Of a DNA stretch of 64,000 nt, positions 36,970 through 49,439 are shown in pieces. Under the pieces are notes generated by a model that made no database searches, had not been told where the DNA came from, and saw only the letters and a list, made by a program, of their open reading frames with translations. The DNA is from Octopus bimaculoides. Its lineage: Eukaryota. Each line of letters opens with the position of its first letter. The first letter of the stretch is position 1. Position numbers and translations under genes: made by a program. Location: the NCBI RefSeq assembly GCF_001194135.2, contig NC_068995.1:12082759-12146758 (forward strand), in the 5' to 3' direction.

Positions 36970-38200
36970 GTCCACCTTAACTATCGGGAATTTTAATAAT
37001 TCAATAAAAACTTCCAATAACTGGAAAGATTCTGAACTTGATAAAGTTTACATTTTCTGGCTAAAATGCTTAACCAGTTTACGTGAAGCTTTAGAAACAA
37101 CACTCAATGAATTATTGAATAGATTAGAATCAACATCTGACTGGTTAATAGAGAGAAAAACAACGTTATCTTATACACATCCCCACATCCGAGAGAAAAG
37201 AAAAAAACCCAGCTAAACATAAATCAATAGGCGTTTATCAGCATTGCACAAACTCCTGACATCTATGGTTGCCAATAGTTTGGCTACTCATCCGGAAAGC
37301 AGATGAGCGGAAACTCGTGCAGGAGATGGATGCATGGTTGTGAAGAAGGGGGCCAAAAAGGGTGTTGGAGATGAATTTGCAGTTATGAGGAAAGGACCAG
37401 AAAATGGTGGTGGAGATGGATACAATGTTTGGAAGAGAAGACCAGAAAAAGGAGTGTTAAACATTATCGTATGTTTGTGAAGAGAGTATTAGAATGGGGT
37501 GTCGGTGAGGGGTCTAAGGTGGTGAAGAGAAGAAGATCAGAAAGGGGTGTCTCGTAGATGGCTTTGTGGTTCTGAAAAACAGCAGTCTGTGAACAAATTG
37601 ATTACAAACATCATATGATAAGCAATATCACTGATATCTGATACGCTATATATAAATATATTGGCCCCAGTGCTAAGAGAATGTATCAACCATGTCTTGT
37701 TGAAATGGAAAACGACAATATTACGGCAAGGCGAGATTAAAGAGAAAACAAGCTTTATCCCCACAAGAAGAGGAATTTTCATGGAGACCCCTTACCCTGT
37801 CTGCGTTTCTATTTAGTCCTGGCACCATGACAACATCTGCAAACGGAAACCATGAATAAATACAGATTCCGTTGATAATTTTCAAATCATTTCCTCTATA
37901 TGGGTTATTTAAAACTATTGATATATCGCATCTGGGGAACATATTAAAATTTCATTTAAGTTCAGCTGTGAGATGTAAATAATTATGGATTACGACAAAT
38001 GTATCAATACTATCCTAAGAGATAAACACATTGAAACTGAAAACATGAAGTTACATTTAGACATATTGAAATGTGAGAATTACATCCAAGTTACCCGAAA
38101 ATGTACAGAGACGAAGATGAAAGGGAGAATGTACAACACAGAACTCAAGCAAAAAAGAAGAAACACGAAAGCAAAATAGGAAATGTATCACAGAACGTGA
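36970..38200 (+). mobile_element. Decayed R4/Dong-like LINE reverse transcriptase, interrupted by a minisatellite
   Basis: NWKDSELDKVYIFWLKCLTSL, HKLLTSMVANS, KWKTTIL...PTRRGIF-HGDPL, FSCEM*IIMDYDKC resemble R4-clade RT motifs; many frameshifts. Confidence 0.75.
37322..37520. repeat. Degenerate ~45-bp purine-rich minisatellite
   Basis: ccaRaaaa at 37353, 37397, 37442; ggagatg recurs with the same period. Confidence 0.7.
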
Positions 38201-38556
38201 TGTAAATAAATATCTGTAAACAATCTTGCTTTCTCAGTTGTACATTAAAGGTTTATCATAATGAATTAGAAGTTAAATGAGTTGATGAAACAAGATTGGA
38301 AAACGAGAAAATTACTCACTGCATCCAAATGCACCACCCAAAGTGTATCTAGATAGACTATACCAGAACAGCACGCATTGTTAAATATCGCAAATCATTG
38401 ACGTTGGGTCTTGAATAAACTGTTAAAAGCAGTTAGAAAGAAACTAATAGGTTCAAGAAGAGAATATGAGAAGTCAAAACTGTTTCAACATGGAAAGATC
38501 AGTACTTGCACACACAAAGACACATACATTTATATTTACACACACACACACACACA

Positions 38557-38653
<97 letters not shown>

Positions 38654-38884
38654 ACACACACACATATAGTCATTTGACTTCGACCATGCTGGAGCATTGC
38701 CTAGAAGGGTTTTAGTGGAACGAATCGACTCAAGGTCTTTTCTTAAGAGTAGTACTTTTTTTATCGGCCTCTTTGTCGAACTTCTAAAATTGCGGGAACG
38801 TAACCAGATCATCATTGATTGCGAAGCGGTGGTGGAGAGGCCAAACACATACACAAATACACCTCACGTATACATAGATATATA

Positions 38885-39055
38885 TATGATAGATCGCTAG
38901 CCACTACACATTCTTTATTTTCTCTCCTTGTTCCTTTCTGTGGAAGAGCGTAGGCTCGAAACTTTAAAGACTTTTTCACTTCCCGAGCGCTATACTAATA
39001 CATCTGTTTATTGTCTACATCACCTGTCTTCATCTTTTGTTTTTGTGAATTCCCC

Positions 39056-39058
<3 letters not shown>
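38885..39058 (+). mobile_element. Penelope-end-like repeat with a degenerate hammerhead
   Basis: cttt-CTGTGGA-a-gag-cgtagg-ctc-GAAA-cttt-aaag at 38934-38969; homologous inverted copy at 4670-4795. Confidence 0.55.
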
Positions 39059-39103
<45 letters not shown>

Positions 39104-41029
39104 TCAAGCTTATATATGTATGTGTGTGTGTGTGTGTGTGAGTTTATTGTATTATATGCATATATATGTACCAGGTGTGAACCACAGATCATGGACAAGG
39201 CAGCAGAAAGAGAGAGAGAGAGAGTGATGGGGGATGTCAGAAATAGAGAGTAGAAGTGCGCCATTCGTCAGGAATTGCAAAGAAGTACCACTTAATCCCA
39301 ATAAATTAATATCAACAATCCCACCGATGGAACTTGTTTGGATTCACACAACTTGCTAATCCAAGCAGTATAGTGTTCCTCATATGAAACCTTACTGTCT
39401 TAGCGAATGAGTATATTGATATATGCGTCCCTAAGTGTTCTTAATAGGAAGAGATTTCCACGACAGAAATGTATTTGGGCCTAAGACCTGGTGGATCAGG
39501 TAGGGCAAAACAAAATCAAGAACAAAAACCTCAACTTCGGATCATTACTTGTTGTGTCTACGACCCCAAGCGAGGACGTAGGATCGCCCAAGATATATAG
39601 AGGTAGTCTAGCCGTGGTAGAAGTGTTGAGTGACTGTTGAGTAGCCGTCGTGTAGCTTTTGAATGTAGAGATCATCCGAAGGTGCTAGATAGCAGTAGCT
39701 TGAGACATAACATTACTAATGAGCCAATGCTGGATTCTATACATGGTAACGCAACCTACTAAAACTAGCCACAAAAAAGTCCACCCTCAAATCACATGGA
39801 TTTCCCCATCTTATTACAAAGAGAAAATCTCATTGAATAACGCAGCCCTATATTTACTCGACTGTATTAAAAACATTTACAGCTGAAAATCGTTTGATCA
39901 TAGGCTCTGCTAACGCAGTCAGATATGTCTTGAGGCTAAATAACAACAACAACAACGACGACCACGACAACATCAAATGTGTAAATTCCAATTAGAAGAA
40001 AACTTTGATAGATTTTAGTATATTGAAGCCTACAATTTTGACAAAGAAACAATTAATAAGGTTATTCATTTCTATCTTAAATATCGATAATTTAATCATG
40101 TTGTTGCAAAAAAATAAAATAAAATAAAAAACAAGCATCCATTCAGTTATATTTCAGATGATACGTACTGTAAATACTCCCAAGTGTTACTGGAAATAGC
40201 ATTCATTTCGTAAATAGCCAAGATTTGCTGTCAAAAGAGACTCTTTCACTTGTCACTCACTTTAGACTAAATAAGTATGCATATACATTAGAAACATTCA
40301 ATTAATAAATGAAGTTTTAAAAATAATACTAATAAAAAAGAAACACATACTAATAATAAGAACGAAAGAACGCAAAAACAAAAAAAAACATTGTCATTCT
40401 AACTGTTTCTGCTGTGTTAAACTGAACTTCTTCATTTCCATGTTAATTTTACTGATTGCTTCAGATTTCATCCACTTTATTTATAATTCCAAGTTATACG
40501 CTGTTAACTCTTTAATCCAAACTAAATCTCGTATCCCGTGTATGGAGATAGAACAGTAACAATTTTCTATGACTACTAATCAGTATAGTTCGGATTATGG
40601 AGAAGGAAAGAAAGCAAGACTGTGAGCATTCAATTACATAGATTTTTTTTCCTTTCTTTACATGTTTACGTTGATATCAGTTTGCTTTTAGAAATTCAAC
40701 GAGAAAAAGAATACATTTTGAATATGATTTACATTAGTTTAGTAAAACACTGCAATGAAAAATGGTGGTGCGTATTCTGATTAATCCTCTCGTTATTCTA
40801 CCAAACGTTGAATATTCTACCAAACGTTGTTAGTCTTCATGCAGAAGTCAGTCAGAATCAGCACCAAGCTTGTATGAGTAACAAACACTGTTGGTACTAT
40901 CATTACTACACATGTTTCATTTGCTAATAGCAATTATAAAGTTGCATATGTTGGGTGAATATGTAAGACATTTTCTACTGAAAATTCTTCAGACAGAGAA
41001 GTAAAGACACAACATGGATTTTATCCTAC

Positions 41030-41093
<64 letters not shown>

Positions 41094-41097
41094 GAAT

Positions 41098-41282
41098 GAC
41101 ATTACATCCTGAGGTGGATGCGAGAGGGTTTGTGGACAAAACTGCTTATGATCCCATGAAATGACTCTCATTTTCTGGGACAAATGAAAACCAGACCTGT
41201 TAAGGAAATCGCAGAAGCGGTTGATAAGTGTTCGAATTGGATCAGGTCAAGGAGGAATACAAGCGAATTTCAGAGGGCATAA
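41098..41282 (+). mobile_element. C-terminal fragment of a HERO-like (RLE) LINE
   Basis: PEVDARGFV...VKEIAEAVDKCSNWIRSRR* resembles the EVGxRGF / SEAAExASxWIW end motif; begins after (CA)n. Confidence 0.6.
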
Positions 41283-41569
41283 TTTACTCCCGTCTCCACT
41301 GATATCTTAGACTGAAGTGGTTGCAACACCCAACATATATTGGCTCAGGAACAAATTAACCATCCAAAAGAAGCACAGAGTGTGGAAACTGAAGTGTATC
41401 CGGAAGTCATCACTAGGATGCGGCCCGGTCCGCTTTGAGTGCATAGAGTCAAGGGGCGAAACACTTACACGAGTGTGGGTTACTATTCTTTGAAAACCAG
41501 CTCTTCAGCACTGTTTGTAGAGTTCTTTACTACCAAATAAGCTGCAGCGTTTCATCTAGATTTCAAAAT

Positions 41570-42052
41570 ATTGGTTTGAAATGTTGGTACAAGTCTAGGA
41601 ATTTCGACGGAGAAGATGAAGTCGATTATATCAACCACAATTCTTGACCGGAACTTATTTTATCGACCCAGAAAGGATGAACGGCAAAGTGAACCTCGGT
41701 GGAATTTGAACTCAGAACATAATGACGGACGCAAATGCCACTAAGTATTTTTACTCTGGCGCAAACCATTCTGCGATCTCGCGGAGGCGTGATTTCAAAA
41801 TATTTGTTCTAAAAGATATTATTGTTGATATTTATATTAAATGATATTGGTTTCACATTTTGGCACGGGGCCACCAATTTCGGAGAAGGGGAAAAGTCGA
41901 TTACATCGATACGGTGATCAACCCAGTACTTATTTTATCGATCCTGAACGAATGAATAGCGAATTCGACCGCGGGAGTCAGTATGCAAAGACGGACGAAA
42001 TCCTTCTGATCGTTTTCCCCAGCGTGTTACCGATTCTGCAAGCTCGCCGCCT
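41570..42052 (-). mobile_element. Two tandem family-A SINEs
   Basis: acttattttatcgaccc..aaaggatgaa..ggcaaagt; ttctgcaagctcgccgcc. Confidence 0.8.
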
Positions 42053-43869
42053 TTCACATTAAAGTATGTTGCTATTTCCTGTTAATGTATATTATATAAG
42101 ATCAGTTAGGACGGCTCTGTTGTTAACGAGATTATTACGCAGGCTGATTGTTAAATGTTTTCTACCCAGTTCGAAGTTCGCCGTAAAATTGGCCAGTTGC
42201 ATTTGGTGCCTGTAAAATGTAAGTACAGTGGACTTTCACACAAACTCGCACATACACACAAACACACATAAACATATTGATAAACAAATACACACACACA
42301 CAAATACACATACTCATGCACATACACACATCAATACACACATTTACTCTCATACATAACACATTCATACATATTACCGGATCAAAAGAGATTGAAAAAT
42401 AATATCACGAGGAAATAAGTACTCTAGCCAATGGGAACACCTCATTTCGTTTAGTACGATGCCACAGCATGGCCGCCGTCCAATGACCGAGACCAATAAG
42501 ACAATAATGTAAAAATAAAACTTCATCATTCGAAATTTCTTACATTCAGGAGAGATAAATGATGTCCAATGAAAGTCAAAGCTTGAAGGGCTCCTGTGAA
42601 ACCCAGTTAATTTCCTTGTTTCTTTTCAGTGATATTCCCTTACCGTTTTAGATTCTTCTATTTCGGAAACTAAAGTGATCTGTATATCTTTTACCAGACT
42701 TCAGCCATCTCCATACTTTAAAATGCTTTCTTCATTTACATTACTTTATATCACCTTTCCCTTCCCCGCTAGTTTCATTCACTCTCTTTTTTTATTTTAT
42801 TTCATTTTAGTTTTCTCTTCTCACCTTCTTTCTTTCTTTCTGTCTTTTTCTGTTTCTCTCTCTCTCTCTCTATCTCTCTCTCTCNNNNNNNNNNCTCTCT
42901 CTCTCTCTCTTTCACTCTCCCTCTTTCACTCTTGCCCTCTCGGGACTTACACAAGTAAATTGATTTACCAGCCACTATATATCTGCAATTACCGAAAATA
43001 AGTGTCTTCTAAATATGGACAAGCAAACACAAGAACAAGTAAGAAAGATATTTGCCTCAAAGCACGCAAACACGTCAGATCAGCCATCACGAAAACCATA
43101 AATACATCCATCGAAGGAAGATATTAACATCTTTCATTTCGTTAACATATCTGTTAAATAACATGCTAAACGCAAATTGCGTGCTAAATTTATCCGAACC
43201 AAATTCTTTTTAATCTCCGACGCCATTTTCTCAACTGAGTTATGTTGTCACATACAATCCCAATGTATTCAACGTGCTGTGAAACAATATACAACTACAT
43301 TTCACATTCTCTTCAACACTAAATACATTGACGCTGATAGCAACTCATTTATATGAGTTTCTTTTAAAAACCTATTAAAACTTACTAAAAACACGCCACT
43401 CAAATATTATTCCCGTCATCTTATTAAGATCAGCTTTGCTTGCAGTCGTTGTTTTCCATAAGACAAATCACTCTTCGGATTTTAACGAGCTTGTTCTTAC
43501 GCTGGTTTAGTCTAATACCGAAATATTCTCATGAAAGTATTTTAAGTCAGCAAAGAATCAAATCATTACCATCTATCAGGATTCCTGTCACAGCTTCTGT
43601 GTAAGCGATATAATGTTGTTATCAGATTTTTAATAAGCAGTTTCGTGGGGTTTTCGTTTCTTCTTTTTGTTTCTCGTCTTTTGTATTTGATACAAACTTA
43701 AACTGAATGGTAGAATTTTTGAAGTAAACAAACGGTAATTATTCAAACTCTGACAAATTTTCTGGGAAATGTATTTCAGCGAATCATGCAAGTTATTCCT
43801 AATATCGGTAGATAAATGGTGAGTGTGTTACATCGGATAATAGCGAAGGTGATGCATTGAAACACATAC

Positions 43870-43940
43870 AACGTCGTAGAGGTTCACTCTTGTGGTATTC
43901 CCTATCCGGGTCAGGTTAAGTTGGAAGGTGGTTCGAGCTC
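43870..43940 (-). CDS. Candidate 71-nt exon (ARTTFQLNLTRIGNTTRVNLYDV)
   Basis: Acceptor aaaattttag|, donor GTT|gtatgt; open frame with two N-x-T sequons. Confidence 0.35.
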
Positions 43941-44279
43941 CTAAAATTTTGGGTGTTTCAAATATTATAGGTTCAAAAAGAAACGCATTGCAGTGCAGTA
44001 AGTACTTTTCACCTAGCGATTCTCTACCTGCCGAACAACGAGGCCTGGATTAGACATTGATCTCCCAAGAGTTTCATACGAGACTCTTACACACTAATTT
44101 CTCCGAATCTAGTCGCGATGGAAAATCGACTGCATTCATTATTCGTTTGGTAATAACAATTATAGTCGACTTATATGCAAGAGACGACAAAAATGAAACC
44201 AAAAAGAAGACAATAACCTGAAAGCAACCAAAGACCATGAATACGAAACCAACGCAATTATACTGAAGGAGAAATGAAA

Positions 44280-45120
44280 GGAAAAATGTTCAACGTTTCG
44301 GATATTTAGCCGTTGTCAAGATCGACGGAATAAGTACAGAAAGAAAATATTAGATGGAAAAAAAAACAATACGATGTTGGATTACAGACTCAATACGTCA
44401 GAACTGGGTAAGAAGATTCTGTTTTTGAATAAAAATACTGAGCACCCGGTAATGAAACTAAGCAGAGCAAGTGTGATATGCTTTAATGAACAGAAGTGCG
44501 AATGAAGTTTCTTTAACATATGTCAGCGAAGTGGGAGTCGAATTCGTGAGCATAATTACGATAGAATGTTTGTGTGTGTTTCTGTAAAGGTAAAGTATGT
44601 TGTCATGTAAGAGAGGTGTGATATTTTCTAGTTGGCTGTGAGAAAGGCTTCAAAGAAGGTGGATTTGCGTGTATAGAACTTTCTCCAGAAGCATGCGTGA
44701 GTAGTGTGAGCATAATAGATTGACAACGTGGGTGATATGATGTGTATATGTGTACATGTATGCTCTCGTGTGGAACAATTCATCAAGGACACTACTTGCG
44801 TGTGTGTCCTTGTGTCTGAGTTTGTGTAACAGTGAGAGGCGGGGTGTGAATATATCGTGGTTTGACGAAGGCATTATATCATATGCGTATTATGAACAAC
44901 ATATGATAGCATCCATTATCTAGATACAAACTGAATTCCTGGACGTAGTTTCTTCATTTCCACACTGGCGCATTGGCAAAATCCAGCCTGTGTTTATGAG
45001 AGAGCTGGGACAGTTTGAACTTACTTGCAAGATTTCGATACCTTCTCTTTTATCGGCGAACAACACACACAAGGCCAACAGGAGTCTAAAAAGCTATTTC
45101 AATCTTCTACTAATTCTAGT
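44280..45120 (-). mobile_element. Possible decayed Penelope GIY-YIG region with hammerhead-like 3' end
   Basis: Weak Cys / TSRNSVCI / RMLLEKVL traces; minus-strand ttgacaa-cgg...ccGAAACGTT at 44288-44312. Confidence 0.25.
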
Positions 45121-46670
45121 ATGTAGACGTGTTCTGAAGAAACTTTCTAGACTCTTGTATAGTATAATCATATATCATTGTAATAACCTGAAATTGTTAA
45201 AAATGTTGAACGAAACTACTTTGAGATTTTTTTAAAAATTAAATTTGATGCCAGTTTCGCATCAGTTTAGATAACATCCTAGATATACCTCAAATTACTT
45301 GAGTTACTAGCTTTCAGACATTTTATATTGGTTGATTTTACATTTTTCTTCAGACATAATACATCACTCAATCGAGGTTTTCTTTCCCATGATTGCATTC
45401 AAAATTCTAAAGTCAATTTCTAAATTACTATAGTTTCTTAGTGCAATGCTGAAAAAAACTATATTACTGGCTGTAGCTATGGTGATGTTTACTCTGTGTG
45501 TATATCTGCTGGCTTCTGTGTCTGTACTTGTGTCTGTACATGTGTGTGTGTGTTGGTGTGTCTATGCATGTGTATCTGTGTGTTTTCTGTCTGCTTCTGT
45601 GAGTATGTCTATGTACATTTGTATGTGTGTATTTCTGTGTCTATGAGTGTATGTTTTAATCTATAAAACCAGCAATACACTTATTGATTACGGTGGTATA
45701 TTAGCAGAGTCATTAGAGCGTTAGACGAAAGTCTGTACGGCATTCGTATCGGTTGCTAAGGTTCTAATTTCAAATCTCACTGATGACACACTTAAATTTC
45801 ATCAATCGCGGAACGGGACAGACAAAAACAAAGACCTCATCAATAGAAACACTAGTTTTGAGATGGAAGTTGTATAAACATTAGAGATTGTTTTATCCTA
45901 TGTTTCATTAAATATACTCTTTTATAAACAATAATAAATTTAGTTGAGGCCGTTCAGTACCATGCATTACTTCGATGTGTTGCTCTATACCGTTTCGTCA
46001 ATCACACAGAGATTGACATGTATGCCAGTTTGGTGTATAAATAACATAGGCATCAATAATACAGTGGAGATCGATAGAGTTAATCACATATGCTGGCAAC
46101 AAAGTGTTGGTCTTTTGCGACGATGAAGTAAATCAGTATTTCAGCTAAATTTTTTTAATTAGGATTATTTTTCCCTCATTACTTTCACAACGAAACGAAC
46201 AATACACACACTGATACACACGCATGTACACACCACGAAAGGCCTCTAACGGTCAATGTTAATTGATTGACCAAACGACTAATAAAATAATCGATTAGTT
46301 AACAGGATAAATCATTAATTAGTTGAATAATAATAATGAAAGAAGTGAAAGAGAACCAATATATGCATTTCTTATTGGCAAAATGGTTCTCAAAAGATGC
46401 AACAAAACCATTATTCATGTACAGTTTGGTAACCTGTCTCGTCTCCAGTTTTAACTCCAATCTGACTGAGCGCAACACGTCTATACATACATACATACAT
46501 ACATACATACATACATACATACATACATACGCACACACACACACATATATATAATATATTCATAAATATATGTATATATATATATGTGTATATATATATA
46601 TATATACTGAGAGAAGAGAAGTAAAAGGAAGGAGTGAGAGTATGTGTGCATATATAGATAGATAGATAAA

Positions 46671-46743
<73 letters not shown>

Positions 46744-47538
46744 ATGTATATATTTGTTCACTATAATAGATATGTGCCAGACTAATACCTTCACAATGCA
46801 CTGATTTGTTATGAGTAATAGAATATTTCCTTTATTCAAATAACTACATCTATAGAAAAGACACATGTGATGTTGCGACATTCAAGCCATTCTTTGACAG
46901 CTTTAGTATTTGAAACGATAACTAGAATCGGTTTCACGTTGATGTAAATCCTCCGGAGATTATCTCTAGCTTATGCCAATTTTGATGAGTAATTTTAATA
47001 ACATATTACGGATGCAGAGAAGTTTAGTAGGAATATAGTTTACATAACATCGCGCTTTCTGCTATTATTTACACATTAGTTAGTTTTATTCCGTTTGAGG
47101 TTTTACACAATACGCGGTTTATTATACAAGGCAAGTTTGCAGCAGATGAAACCCGAAGGGGGTAGCAGACCAATAATCTATCGAATATATCAAATTAAAA
47201 ATTGCATTAAAATCAATCCTGTTCGAATAGTGGCGAAGTTATATTACAATGACTAAGATTGCTCCCGAGATAGAATCGGTTCGCATTGCTAATCAGGTTT
47301 CTTTCGTTCTCCCTAATGGTAAATTTGAATATACATAATTGCATCTTAATTATATTTACTTCCAGTGGGAGGGTTCGCTAAACTAGAACCGTACAACAAC
47401 AAACGTTAAACTTATTTGGTATCAATATTTTGTTTTGTTTCGTTTTGTTTTCCATGGTTGTTTTATTTATTTTATTTGTTCATTCCAGTATATATTTTAC
47501 TTATTTATTTCTTGTTTGTTTTCGCTTTCCTTCTCTCT

Positions 47539-47588
<50 letters not shown>

Positions 47589-49130
47589 ATACACACACAC
47601 ATACACATACACACGTAAGTATATGTTTCTATATATGTATGTATGTATGTGTATGTATATATATGTACATATATATATGTGTGTGTCTGTGCGTGTGTGT
47701 CTTTATCTATCTATCAGTCACTCCCTCTATATATTTATATATATATATGTATATANNNNNNNNNNNNNNNNNNNNNNNNNNNNNNNNNNNNNNNNNNNNN
47801 NNNNNNNNNNNNNNNNNNNNNNNNNNNNNNNNNNNNNNNNNNNNNNNNNNNNNNNNNNNNNNNNNNNNNNNNNNNNNNNNNNNNNNNNNNNNNNNNNNNN
47901 NNNNNNNNNNNNNNNNNNNNNNNNNNNNNNNNNNNNNNNNNNNNNNNNNNNNNNNNNNNNNNNNNNNNNNNNNNNNNNNNNNNNNNNNNNNNNNNNNNNN
48001 NNNNNNNNNNNNNNNNNNNNNNNNNNNNNNNNNNNNNNNNNNNNNNNNNNNNNNNNNNNNNNNNNNNNNNNNNNNNNNNNNNNNNNNNNNNNNNNNNNNN
48101 NNNNNNNNNNNNNNNNNNNNNNNNNNNNNNNNNNNNNNNNNNNNNNNNNNNNNNNNNNNNNNNNNNNNNNNNNNNNNNNNNNNNNNNNNNNNNNNNNNNN
48201 NNNNNNNNNNNNNNNNNNNNNNNTATTTATATATATATATGTATACAAATATGTATGTATATATATAGATATATGTACATACATACATACACACAATCAC
48301 ACACATACTCACACACACACATATTGAAGAGAAGAAACGTAAATCAGACTGTGAAATTATTGTCTGTTTAAATATATATTAAACTTGTTTCACTTAAAGA
48401 CTATAATTACCCAGTTATCAGATACTACTAGTAGCCTGCATATATTACACATAACACTTCAAATATGCACATTGGCAAACCCATATTACGCAGAAACACT
48501 GTTTGCGCAAATGCTGTACATAACCATTAGCCGCAGATTCTCTTTTGAAAATGCATCAATAAAAATCGGAATTTATTGCTAATTTGAGAAATAGAGAAAA
48601 ACTTATTTTAAACAAGGCCTAATGAAGCGATACTCTCTTATAGACCTAGTAAATGGCTCCTCTCCACCAACCCATATCACGACTCTGAAATTGCAGTTTT
48701 GCTACTGAAACTCTCTAACATTTTTTTTTTCTGTTATTAACATTTTCTGCGTTAATATTGATTTTTATCAAAGAATCATTGTTGTATGATTTTTTAAATT
48801 TTAGTTTATTTATTTATTTATATGTTGATGAGTAATCTAGTTGACGAAATAATCAATCATAGTGTATTACTGGTACTTATGCGATCGATCCAATGGACAT
48901 AGACCTCTGGCTGGTAGATTGGCTTGCTAGAGGTAACAGCTAAATCTCATTCAAATCATGTCCTATGTGTTTGAAATTAAACACAGAAAAGCAATACATA
49001 TTGTACCCAAAGTTTTAAATGTAATGTCTCAAAGGCTAATAGAATACCTGGATAATTATGGTCAGTAAACACTGGCTCAACCTACGTTAATTTGGTGGTA
49101 AACATCAACGTTGCTACATTATATGCCTAC

Positions 49131-49390
49131 GGGCATATGGCGTAGTGGTTAAGAGCGCGGGCTACTAACCCCAAGATTCCGAGTTCGATTCCAAGCAGTG
49201 ACCTGAACACTAATAATAATAATAATGATAATAACGTCGAAAAATACTTTAGGAAGGAGAACCCAGGTTCGAAATTTCCGCAAGACACCTGAAGTAGGCT
49301 GGAGGGTATATCAGCCGAAGCGTTGTGTTAACAACAAACAAGATGAGGACAAATATCCGCCGAATGTAAATAATGTAAATAATGTACAAA
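49131..49390 (+). mobile_element. tRNA-headed SINE-like element with internal (TAA)n and a degenerate hammerhead
   Basis: A box TGGCGTAGTGG, B box GTTCGATTCC, poor acceptor stem; gacac-CTGAAGTA-ggctg...cagcc-GAAG-cgtt-gtgtt at 49284-49329; (taatgtaaa) tail. Confidence 0.7.
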
Positions 49391-49439
49391 ATTCCTCATC
49401 ACTTAAATATAGAACTGTATCAACGTTGCTTTCAAGTTT

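Noticed and set aside
39490-39700. GC-richer unique segment with minus-strand splice-like sites
   Set aside because: Internal stops and inconsistent phases; could not build an exon
40794-40829. 17-bp direct repeat tattctaccaaacgttg (and a 12-bp repeat near 13595)
   Set aside because: Only two copies; ordinary slippage duplication, not a CRISPR-like array
49131-49203. Possible tRNA gene (ACT in the anticodon loop)
   Set aside because: Acceptor and T stems pair poorly and it continues into a repeat body; treated as a SINE head
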